Shown: piece by piece, positions 51,822 through 64,000 of the stretch
Position numbering within the stretch: position 1 is the first letter of the stretch
Layout: each line of letters starts with the position of its first letter
Source of the DNA: the human T2T-CHM13v2.0 reference genome, Homo sapiens
DNA length: 64,000 bases
Direction: 5' to 3' (one strand)
Assembly: GCF_009914755.1 (NCBI RefSeq)
Contig: NC_060936.1
The notes under the pieces: model-generated
The model's input: the letters and a program-made list of their open reading frames with translations, nothing else
What the model was told of the DNA's origin: nothing
Databases searched by the model: none
Position numbers and translations under genes: made by a program

Positions 51822-53430
51822 GTGCCTATTGTGTGCCTACTGAGTGTCTACTGCATTCCTACTGCGTGCCTACAGTGTGCCTACTGTCTACTGAGTGCCT
51901 ACTGTGTGTCTACTGCATGTCTACTGCATGCCTACTGAGTGTCTGCTTAGTGCTTACTGCATGCCTACTGAGTGCCTACTGTGTACCTACTGTGTGTCTA
52001 CTGAGTGCCTATGCTGTGCCTACTGTGTGTCTGCTGCATGCCTACTGAGCACCTACTGAGTGTCTACTGCATGCCTACTGAGTGTCTGCTTAGTGCTTAC
52101 TGCATGCCTACTGAGTGCCTACTGTGTGTCTACTGAGTGCCTATGCTGTGCCTACTGTGTGTCTACTGCATGCCGACTGAGCACCTACTGAGTGTCTACT
52201 GCATGCCTACTGTCTACTGAGTGCCTGCTGGTTGCCCACTGTCTACTGTTTCTGAGTGCCTACTGAGTGTCTACCGTCTACTGTCTACTGTGTGTCTACT
52301 GCATTCCTACTGAGTGCCTACTGTGTGCCTATTGTGTGTCTACTGCATGCCTACTGAGTGCCTCCTGTGTGCCTACTGTCTACTACGTGTCTAGTGAGTG
52401 TCTACCGCATGCCTACTGCGTGCCTACTGCCTACTGCATGCCTACTGAGTGTCTACTGCATGTCTACTGCGTACCTACTGAGCACCTACTGAGTGTCTAC
52501 TGCATGCCTACTGTCTACTGAGTGCCTGCTGGTTGCCCACTGACTGTCTACTGTTTCCTGAGTGCCTACTGAGTGTCTACCGTCTACTGTCTACTGTGTG
52601 TCTACTGCATGCCTACTGAGTGCCTCCTGTGTGCCTACTGTCTACTACGTGTCTAGTGAGTGTCTACTGCATGCCTACTGCGTGCCTACTGCCTACTGCA
52701 TGCCTACTGGGTGTCTACCGAGCATTTACTGCGTGCCTACTGAGTGTCTACTGCTTGTCTACTGAGTACCTACTGAGTACCTACTGAGTGCCTACTGCAT
52801 TCTACTGAGTGTCTACTGTCTACTGAGTGTCTACTGTCTACTGAGTGTCTACTGCATGCCTACTGCATGCCTACTGAGTGCCTACTGAGTGTCTGCTGCA
52901 GGCCTACTGTCTACTGAGTGTCTACTGTCTACTGAGTGTCTACTGCATGCCTACTGAGTGTCTACTGCATGCCTACTGAGCACCTACTGAGTGTCTACTG
53001 CATGCCTACTGTCTACTGAGTGCCTGCTGATTGCCCACTGTCTACTGTTTACTGAGTGCCTACTGAGTGTCTACTGTCTACTGTCTACTGCGTATCTACT
53101 GAGTGCCTACTGCGTGCCTATTGAGTGTCTACTTTGTGTCTCCTGAGTGTCTATTGCATGCCTACTGAGTGTCTACTGCATGTCTACTCTCTACTGAGTG
53201 CTTACTGATTGCCTACTGAGTGTCTACTGCATGGCTACTGAGTGCCTATTGCAGGCCTACTGCCTACCGAGTGCCTACTGCGTGCCTATTGAGTGTCTAC
53301 TGTGTGCCTACTGTCTACTGAGTGCCTACTGTAAGCCTACTGCATGCCTACTGCATACCTACTGAGTGCATACTGCATGTCTACTGAGTCTCTACTGAGT
53401 GTCTACTGAGTCCCTTGCCTGCTGCATGCC
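51822..53430. repeat. ~1.6-kb minisatellite of 11-bp units CTACTG(AGTGT/AGTGC/CATGC/TGTGC) with 7-bp CTACTGT variants
   Basis: Direct reading; higher-order blocks recur, e.g. GCCTGCTG(G/A)TTGCCCACTG at 52223, 52524 and 53022. Confidence 0.96.
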
Positions 53431-53585
53431 CGGTGGGCTCTAGGCACCTTAACTGCAGGAGAGGAGGGCAGCCCAGGTCCTGACTCCCACACCACCGGCA
53501 TTCCAGGGGGATGACGACCAGCACACAAGGAAGCAGATAAGACCGCCCGACGTGATGGGTGCTATGGAAGAGGGAGCCAGGGGTG

Positions 53586-53806
53586 GCCCAGCAGGGCTTC
53601 TCACAGGGGGAGGGAGGCAATTTCGTCCCCAAAGGGCATTTGGTGATGACTGGAGATGTTTCAGTTGTCACACCTGGGAGCAGAGATCCTGGTATCCAGG
53701 GTTGGAGGCCGGGGATGCTGATGAATTCTCTGCAGTGCACGGGATGGCTCCCACCAGAGAACCACCCAGCCCCAAATGCTGACGGCATGGAGGCCGAGAC
53801 ACGGTG
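53586..53806 (-). mobile_element. MER20 hAT MITE
   Basis: GGCATTTGG...CTGGAGATGTTTCAGTTGTCAC...GAGGCCGGGGATGCTG...CAGTGCACGGGA...CCAGCCCCAAATG. Confidence 0.8.
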
Positions 53807-55094
53807 AGAGCGATGCAGGGAAGGGGGCTGGCAGGGAGGGCCAGGGTAGTCACAGAGGCCGCTCTGAGGAGCTGGGCTTTGAGCTGAGTCCAAGGCGTGG
53901 AGAGGCAGCATCCTTTCCCTGAGGGGCCAGAGAAGGAGCATTCCAGGAGGAAGGGCAGCTGCCTGCCTCAGGTAGGAGAGCTCTGGACCCTGTGATCAGA
54001 AAGGGGACGACAGGCAGAGAGACACCAGGTTCCTTGCTTTATATGAATTTAGCGAAGTGCTTGGCATATAGGTAAATGTTCAATATTGTTCCATCCAGTT
54101 CAGTTTCAGATATCTCAGTGGCCAGTGCAAATCTAGCCTCACAATCTCAATGTCCCTGGATCTATTCAGAAGCAGCGCGCCTAGGACCGACCTGAAGACG
54201 GCTGTTTGAAAACCAGCAGGGTTATTCTATTCCAGGATTGTCATAAACCAGTTAACCTGCTACCTCCAAGTGTCCCGTATTTATATGTATTTTCTAAGGG
54301 AGGGGAATCCGCTCTCAGATTGCCAATTCCGAATCTCAAGATGTCCTTTGTACTCAGAATGAAAACACGTTCTTCCGTTAAAGAGATGAAACAGAATGAA
54401 GACCTGGGTGCTCCCAAGGTCCCCGATTGTGTGTGTAGTAACAGCCGTCTAGGAGGGAATCCAAATGTGGGGGATGACAACTATCAAAAGGCACACACTG
54501 TAAAAGGTGCCATAATTTAAATTGCCATTGATATACTCATTATGAAGCCACGGATCAATTTCTCTGTAGTGGGCGATAGACTTCAATGTAGTTTTGTAAT
54601 TTAAATGAGAACTTGGGCCCTCTCATCCGGGTCCTTGAAAGATTTCCCTTTGAAATCCGAGCCCCTTGTAATACCAGTTTCATTTACTTTTATTGTTCCA
54701 ATGTGCATCGCTGGTGACAAGACCCAGAATGCTGCCTGGTTATAACACTGGCTTTCAGGTGCAAGCAGATAAATCACCTCCCTGGACTGTGGGGCACAAG
54801 CTCAAAGCTCAACAACCGTGTTGATGAACACGTGGAAGTGTGGCCACTTTGTTTGCTAAGAAAGGCTGGATTGTTAAAACGTTTGGGGTTGTGTTGAGAA
54901 TAGACACCTTCTTCCCTCAATGACAGACCTGAAGTCTACCTGTGTATCACCTGCCTGCTTCCTGGGCCGCCTCCTGTCTTTCACTGTCTCCATGCTGTCT
55001 GTGTTGTGACTCAGTTTCAATGCCTCCTCCTCCATGCAGCCTTCCTTGAATTCCGCTGTTGCAGCTGCATCACATCATTTTGTTATTGCGGGTC

Positions 55095-55270
55095 ACACAG
55101 GCAGCCCAGGAGCATTTCTAGCTCACAGACATGTCCCTTTAGCTCACACATTATTTTATTTTTAACCTGAACTAAGTTGTCAACATTTTCAAGTTGGAGA
55201 TGTCATATTTTAAAAACCCAGATTTCCAGTTTGTCTTTAATAATATGGAAGATTTGGCAAGATGGGATCA
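55095..55270. mobile_element. MER102-like relic
   Basis: AAAAACCCAGATTTCCAGTTTGTCTTTAATAATATGGAAGATTTGGCAAG. Confidence 0.65.
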
Positions 55271-55604
55271 CACTTCACTGAACGAAGTCTTGATATGGAT
55301 CTTACTGTGCACCAGGAGCTGTTTCAGGGCTGGGGCTTATGACCTGCACAACAAATCGATAAGCAGGTGCTGTTAAAACCCCCATTTCCCGGCTGGGGAC
55401 GCAAAGGCCAGGAGAGGTGAAATGACTGGTCCAAGTCCTCAGAGTTTGGGTGTGAGTAGCAAAGCAGGGAGGAGAGCCCAGGTAACCATCTCCAGGCCCG
55501 TAGTCTTCAATGAACTGGGCCACTGTGCTCCCTCCCCGCAGGGCTACATTCGCTGGAGTGGATAGTCTACAATTTCATGTCTCCAGCAAAAGCGAGATGA
55601 TAGG

Positions 55605-56768
<1,164 letters not shown>

Positions 56769-57184
56769 TTTAAAGTGGGGCAGTGCAAAAGTAGTTCAAG
56801 GAGGTCACATGTTTTAATAAAAATAGTGTGTCTATGTTGAATAAATACCATCTGACCCATTCCACTCAGCTTTCACTTCCCCTGACCCTTCAGGTCTCTG
56901 CATTTCAGCTCCTGATGTAGCTGGGAGGAGGAGAGTGGGTATAGCAGTGCTCATGCATGTGAGTGAGAGAGAGATCCCGGAAAGGAAAATCGCACAGAAC
57001 AAAACCCGTAACCTTCAACAATAAGCCTAAGGTATCCCAGCCTCCAGTCTACGTGAAAGGCTGATCTTAGGCCGGAGCTATGGCACGCAAATCTGTAGGG
57101 GCTTATCAGGTAGGACCCCCACATTGTGAGTGATAAAACACTATGCACCTAATTTAACCCAGCCACTTATGGGAGGCAGGTCTG

Positions 57185-57740
57185 CCCCGGGAAGGATTAT
57201 GGGAATCTGTGGAAGTGTCTTTGTTTGGTGCAGTGATTGGCAGTGGCTACCTGCACTTGCAGGGCAGGGGCGGAGATGTTGGAGGTCTCTCGATGCCTGA
57301 GACAGCCCTCCCCAATAAATAACTGTCCCATCTTCCACAAGGAGAAAGGCCTGTTTGTAATCATCTGACCCTACAACCAAACCCCATTTTGTAAATAAAC
57401 ACAAAGCATGTTTGCACGATTTCAATGTACATGGAGTTTCCGGCGTTGTAGTTACAATGGGAAAGGAGGGAAGCTTGCACTGTGTTTAGTTTGGAGTGGT
57501 GTCAACCATCAGCCACTGTCTTGAAAAACATCGTCATCCACGGCAATGCCCTGTGTGGTACTGGAGTTCCCAGCACCGTACACGGACACCATCTGCAGCT
57601 TGCGGCTGTCAGACATGCTGTGATTACAGATATGTACATCCTCAAAAGGACATATTTAGCCTTTACTGCAAAATGTCAAAGACAGATGAAAATGTCTATT
57701 TTAGCTGAATATGGTCCTACTTCCCTTATAGCCAGGTTTA
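57185..57740. mobile_element. MER20B-like DNA transposon relic
   Basis: GGGCAGGGGC...GACAGCCCTCCCCAATAAATAACTGTCCC...GTAAATAAACACAAAGCATGTTTGCACG. Confidence 0.6.
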
Positions 57741-57759
57741 CTTTTTTCTTTTTGTTAAC

Positions 57760-58030
57760 TTTATTTTTGTTTAATTGATACATAGGAGATCTCCCTAGTT
57801 TCCCACGCATGTGTAATTTAGTACGCCTATCATTTGTAAAGGCCAAATCAGATAGTTGGGATATCCGTCACTTTATATATTTGTCTTTTTTTAGGCTAGA
57901 AACATTCAAATAATTCTCTCCGAGCTATTTGGAAATATACAAAAGATGATTGTAAACTAGAGTCAGCCTACTGATCTAGCAAACACTAGGTTTTATTTCT
58001 TCTGTCACACTGTATATTTGTATTCATTAT
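57760..58030 (-). mobile_element. L1MA 3' tail
   Basis: CTAGAAACATTCAAATAATTCTCTCCGAGCTATTTGGAAATATACAA; the reverse of the motifs at 622-905. Confidence 0.75.
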
Positions 58031-58045
58031 TATTTTTATTACTCT

Positions 58046-58297
58046 TGAGATGGAGACTCACTATGTTACCTGGACTGGACCCAAACTCTTGGGCTCCAGT
58101 GATCCTCCCGCCTCAGTCTGCTGAGTAGCTGGGACTACAGGCAAGCCCCACCACGCCTGGCTAATTTTAACATCTTTTTGTAGACAGAGAGTCTCACTAT
58201 GTTGCCCAGGCTGATCTTGAACTCCAAGCCTCAAGCAATCCTCCTGCCTCAGCCTCCCAAAGCACTGGGATACAGGCGTGAGCCACTGCATCCGGCC
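58046..58297 (-). mobile_element. Old Alu made of two short (FLAM-like) monomers
   Basis: Both halves read CTCACTATGTT(A/G)CC..G(A/G)CTG..C...AACTC; the ~31-bp right-arm segment (GAGTGCAGTGG...CTCACTGC) is absent. Confidence 0.75.
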
Positions 58298-60184
58298 TTA
58301 TCCTATGTTTTTAAATAAAAATAACTAAATAGAAACAGTAATAAATAAATACACATGGTAACATTTTCTTCCCACATCCTAGTGTTCTTCCCTGGGGTGT
58401 GGGGGACTATTTATAAACACTTCAGAAACCGTCGCTCGTGGGGGAAAATGTGCAGGAAACCTCCTTGTCCCATTTCCACTTACAAGCCTGTGTCTGATGT
58501 CTGGGCTTCACTGAAGCTCGTGGAGGGAATGAACACAGGCACTCCTATCCCCAAACAACAGCAGTGCCTACCTAGCCCATCATGGGTGGGCTGGGATCTA
58601 GGCTCATGCCACAACGCTTACTCAGAACATTCATCACTTCTTCATGGTTACCTTTTCAGATGACCAAGTCTGGAAGGGCCGTTTCATTCATTAGACAACA
58701 ATGGGTCACCAAGAACCTGCAGATGTACCAGGAACTGTGCTAGGCCCTGGGGGTGTCAGGGCGGCATCAAAGCGACGGTGGCCCTGGAGAAATTCAATCC
58801 TTGAGCTGCCTGGCTGTCCCTTGGCAAATGACGGGAGCACCTTGGCCCTCTCGTCTCCAGACAGGGGAAGAGAGAGGGCTGTTTCAGGAATTTCAAAGGC
58901 ATCTTCCTGAGCTCTCATCTGGGAATCTCTTTAGGCTCAATTAAGAAGAAAGTGAAAAGTTACATGTGTTCAGCTGAGGGTGTGGAAAGAATGTGTTCTA
59001 AGAACCAAATGCTCTGAGGTGTGTTGGATTACGCATTCCTTGGGTCTGTGAGTGACAGTGAAACGCAGGACACAGGAGAGATGAAGTCACTGGGCTTATC
59101 AGTCCGCAGTCGCTGCTGAGGAGGAAAAGGTCCTCGGTGCTAGATAACAGCATTGCTGGGTGACTGCATTGCTGGGCATGACTTGCCTGACTGCACCGGC
59201 ACATTTAACATTTGCCAGGTGCCAGGGAAGCAGGAGCTCCAGGGAGGACAGGTGTGCCTTCTGAGAAATCTGATTCATCGTCTGCCCTTGTGCCTGCTGC
59301 AGTGCCTGGGGCATGGTAGGTGCTCAGAAATGGAACAGGAAATGCCAGAGAGATGGTCAGGGCATGATCGTGGCTTTCAGGTAAACAAGGAGGAGGAGAT
59401 TTGTTATTCCTTGAGCCATTCGCTGTTATTTAAGGAACACGCACTGCTGGTGCTTCCAGAGTCTGTAGATTTGACACAAGGACTCTTACTTATGGTTCTC
59501 TTGAAAAACAACCACCATGCTGCCCTGGGCCAACCTCTGCATGTGAGAGCTGTTAGGCAGAGCCAGCTTGCCAATGGTGCCTTGGTAGGCGACAGTCCTC
59601 ACCACCCCTAGATGCTAGCCACCCTGCCCGCGGCGGGCCCCTTTGTGTCACCTGTCTGGACCCAAAAGCATTTGAGTTCGCAACCCTTGCCCTAAAAGAG
59701 GAATGAAGAATTCTGTCAAACTGACAACAATGCCCCAGAGGAGGCTATTTCATTTTATTTAAGATCCATTTCATAAACAGGAAGGGCACCAATTTGTTTG
59801 TTCTGGGAAAATGACTTTTCAGAGCTGAGCTCACAGCAGGGTGGCTACCCCCAGCATGCCCTGGAACCGCAGCCAAGCCAAGGTGTGAAGAGGGCCTGGA
59901 ATCCCATCTGCCATCACTCACTGTCCTAGGTGTGCTGGTCTCCACAAGGCCTGTCCCACCTCCTGGGATGCTGTGAGGCTGAGTGAGCACGTATCTGAGA
60001 GACTAGAACTCTAAGGGGCTTCTGAACAATCAGCCTGCGCTCAGCAAAACTACACACTGCTGCACAAGCCATGGTGTTGATCGCAGTGGCTGAAAATAGG
60101 GAAAGCATCAACGACGCTGACCTACAGGATCCACAAATGAAGCCACAGAGAATGCTAACTTTATGTCATCAAACCACAAATGGT

Positions 60185-60495
60185 GGCCTGGCGCGGTGGC
60201 TCACGCCTGTAATCCCAGCACTTTGGGAGGCCGAGGTGGGCAGATCACAAGGTCAGGAGATCGAGACCATCTTGGCTAACATGGTGAAAACCCATCTCTA
60301 CTAAAAATAAAAAAAAAATTAGCCGGGCGTGGTGGTGGGCACCTGTAGGCCCAGCTACTCGGGAGACTGAGGCAGGAGAATGGCGTGAACCCGGGAGGTG
60401 GAGCTTTCAGTGAGCCAAGATCACGCCGCTGCACTCCAGCCTGGGGGACAGAGCGAGACTCCGTCTCAGAAAAAAAAAAAGAAACAAAAATAAAC
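60185..60495 (+). mobile_element. AluY-like with TSD
   Basis: GAGATCGAGACCATCTTGGCTAAC and AATGGCGTGAACCCGGG; TSD AAACCAC(A/G)AATGG at 60171-60183 and 60496-60508. Confidence 0.93.
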
Positions 60496-60850
60496 AAACC
60501 ACGAATGGATTGGATACTTAGTGACTGACACAGTCGAGACTCCAGCAAGCATTTCCGCTTGTCAGATTGAGTAAAACATCCATAATTTGCTCTAATTGGC
60601 CCCAAACTTTGGTAGTGCCTGCCTTGGACTATACGTGGTCTCTGAGCACCCTCCTTGCCACTCCAAAAAATACCCAAATGTTTTTTTGCAACTGGAATTG
60701 GCCAAGACCCTCCTGAAGGTACTCGACTGAAGGAGGTCTGGGGCTTTCTGGCACAGGATGGGACCATCTCACTTGCAGCTGGAGGTTCTTCTGCCATCTG
60801 GCTCTGTGGCCTCTGATAGGGCGTGCACATTCCTGAGCCTGCCTCCCTGT

Positions 60851-60939
60851 ATTAAGTGTTCCTGGTGGGTAGTGGGAATTAAGTGTTCCTGGTGGGTAGT
60901 GGGAATTAAGTGTTCCCAGTGGGTAGTGGGAATTAAGTG
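60851..60939. repeat. 27-bp VNTR, 3.3 copies
   Basis: ATTAAGTGTTCC(TG/CA)GTGGGTAGTGGGA at 60851, 60878 and 60905. Confidence 0.95.
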
Positions 60940-61294
60940 AGACAATGTATTCAGAGTGACCAGTGCAGAGTTCACCCACTCTCTGGAGTTAATAATCACT
61001 CCCTCCCAATAAACAGGAAGCTGGAGGTCCCCAGCCATCAGTCCATGAGTGCTGAGCCTTGTGGGGGTGAGAGGCAGTGGGAACCAGGAAGGACCTGCTG
61101 ACGAGAAGGAGAATTCCTAATTCCTGAGCACCTACCGTGTGCCTGCCCTGAGCCAAGCACTGAGTCCACTTTCTCCTGCCATCCTCACTGGGGCCTCTGA
61201 AATGCAGCTGATCTTATGCCTCCAAGGAAGCTGAGCCACAGGTGGTCTTGGTCAGGCTTTTCAGTTCGTTGTGATAGAACCAGAATTCAAACCA

Positions 61295-61655
61295 GACGCA
61301 ATGTGTGTGTCCTCCAAAATTCATATGGTGAAACTCTAACCTCCAATGGGAAGGTGCTAGGAGGTGGGGGTTTGGGGAAGGTGATTATCTCATGAGGGTG
61401 GAGGCCTATGAAGCAATCAAGTGCCCTTATAAAACGGACCCCAGAGAGCTGCCTCGCCCCTTCCACCACGTGAGGACACAAGGAGAAATTGACAGTCCAG
61501 AACCCAGAAGACAGCTCTCACTAGAATCCAGCCTAGCCAGCTCCCTGATCTCAGACTTTCATCCCCCAGACCCGTGAGGAATAAATGTCTGTGGCTCCTA
61601 AGCCAGGTAGTCTGTGGAGCTTTGCCTTAAGGGCCAGAAAGGACTGATGAGATAT
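61295..61655 (+). mobile_element. MLT1A-like LTR
   Basis: TGTGTCCTCCAAAATTCATATG...CCTTCCACCACGTGAGGACACA...GTGAGGAATAAATGTCTGT. Confidence 0.85.
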
Positions 61656-63499
61656 GTCGACTCCCAGAGCTGCACCGTTAAAAGACAACATCAAAATCTG
61701 AAGTCCCAGAGCAGCCTGATGAGACCTCAGCCCAGCCCAGAGGACAAAGTAGAAGCTGTCCTTATGGCATTTGGTAAATAAAGACATCAGTGCAAACCGA
61801 AGCACTTCAGAAAGATTTCCTAGAAAAGGCAGGAACTAGGCTAAGCCTAGACTATGTTGCTTTTGGATTATTCACTGAGCCTTGCTCCCCAGGAATCTAT
61901 CTTGCCAGCCTGAATAATAAACTAGCTCTTTCCTCAAAACTATTTGTGTCTGGGCACTGCTGTTGCAATAGACAAAGAAGCAAAGTCCATTTTCTAAGGA
62001 AATGTTGACTATGAGAATAATTCCATTTAGGAGCAATCAGAGCCATCAACCTCTGGCTAGAATTCTACTCGGAACATGAAGATCTTTTAAAAATTTGCCT
62101 CTAGGCAAAAATAATTCAAGTCAAAGGAACCATTTGGATGCATTCATCTGTTCTCTTCCTCCCTACCTCCAGTCTGCCCCTCTCAAACCACACATTCTTA
62201 AAAACACCTTCCCAAATCATTTTCAACTGCCTCCATCTATCCCCACCGGCCTTTATGATCTTTAGACATGCAACCAAATGCTGCTCCCATGGCAACAGCC
62301 TGAAGAAAGTAAACTTTTAATTATGCCACATGAAAATGGAGAGCTCCGTGAGTCCTCTCTGCCTTTTCTTTTAGTGCAAATACAGTTCCGGATTCCATGG
62401 GCGGTCTTGCTTTCTAAAATCTCCAGACGTTCAAAGGAGGATGATCATCACGCTTTATCTCTAAGTGTCTTCATGGAAAGTTTGCATCTAGTGTGTTTCA
62501 AAGTCCCCCAAAGAGAAGCTTTCATATTCAAGAGCAAAGTAACTGAATTTGAAACTTTTATTAATAATGTAAAAGGCTTGCGTGACACGCAGAAGCTGGA
62601 AAAATATGGGGAAATCAGAGGAGACTTTGCTTTATCAAAGAGCAGCCAAATAAAGGTTGGGCTTGCTTCTGCGGTGGGAGGAGGGGAGAAACGCCTCCAG
62701 GGAGGAGGTCAATGTCTTTTTCTCCACTTGAGTGCTAGGACTTTGGGACTGAGGACCACCAATTCAGTCCTAGGGAATGCCTAGGCGTTTTACAAAAATA
62801 CACGTGGGTATCAATTTTCAATCCAGCCCTGCTGATACCCCCTAGGGGAGCAGAGAGCCTCTCTAAATGTTTTCCCGCAATTCCCAGGCATGACCTCCAG
62901 GTTGTACCTAGAGGGAAAACGGGTCATTTGCTTCTTGTTCTTAAAGCGGCAAATTGCTCATCTTAGCAGCAGGTCACGCACTGAAAGCCCCTTGCAGAGG
63001 TCTGTGCCGGCTTCTTCCAGATCTTTAGTTTGGTTTTAGAACTTGTGGCACCTTTGATTTTACCTTGTGTTTTCTCGTAGAAAAGTTCGGTTAACAGGTG
63101 GGTACAATAACTCCATTAACTTACATCACGTTTCTCTTTTTCCCAACCTAATCTGTAATTCTCTAAGTTCTAGGAATTTTTTTAAGTCTTTGCAAATGAG
63201 AAGGAAGAAAAAGAATCTCAATTGTTATGCCATTTAATAATGGTGAGCCTACTTGTGGAAATTTAGGTAAAGGTATGATTTGGTATTTTTTTTAACCTAA
63301 TAAGTATCACATCGTATTAAGAAATTATTAGATTGAGTCACAGATTTTTGGAAGAATATTTATATATATATATAATAGAAGTTATATGGGTACCAGGAAT
63401 ATAATTCAGCCAGGGAGAGGACCATGTCTGGAGACCACCAGTCTTTTATTTCCATGTATTTCTCAAAAAGGAAGGCCAGGGGGCCTGCTCAAATCTAGA

Positions 63500-64000
<501 letters not shown>

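Noticed and set aside
51833-52765. Cys-rich repetitive ORFs and a CRISPR-like look
   Set aside because: A minisatellite with no unique spacers, no cas genes and a primate context.

Overview
This is primate, most likely human, non-coding genomic DNA. It is dense in Alu (J, S, Y), MIR, L2, old L1M fragments, MaLR LTRs (THE1, MST, MLT1) and DNA-transposon relics (MER20, MER53, MER58, MER63, MER102, Tigger). No protein-coding gene, RNA gene, CRISPR array or prokaryotic system is supportable; the long ORFs come from low-complexity repeats, Alu or MaLR sequence, or GC-rich chance. Clear structures are a full-length THE1 MaLR element (22626-24930), a strong CTCF site with upstream motif in a CpG-rich patch (~2.5-3.2 kb), and three large simple or tandem repeat tracts (3.2-4.3, 15.2-16.8 and 51.8-53.4 kb). 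The most unusual signal lies at 42.6-50 kb. It comprises three short (43-98 bp) same-orientation copies of non-repeat DNA from 1.4-2.2 kb upstream, two fold-back hairpins, a sharply bounded GC/CpG-converted L1 tract, and a strong candidate minus-strand exon. Repeat subfamily calls were made by eye from remembered consensus sequences, and the boundaries of old repeats are approximate. I could not identify the locus.
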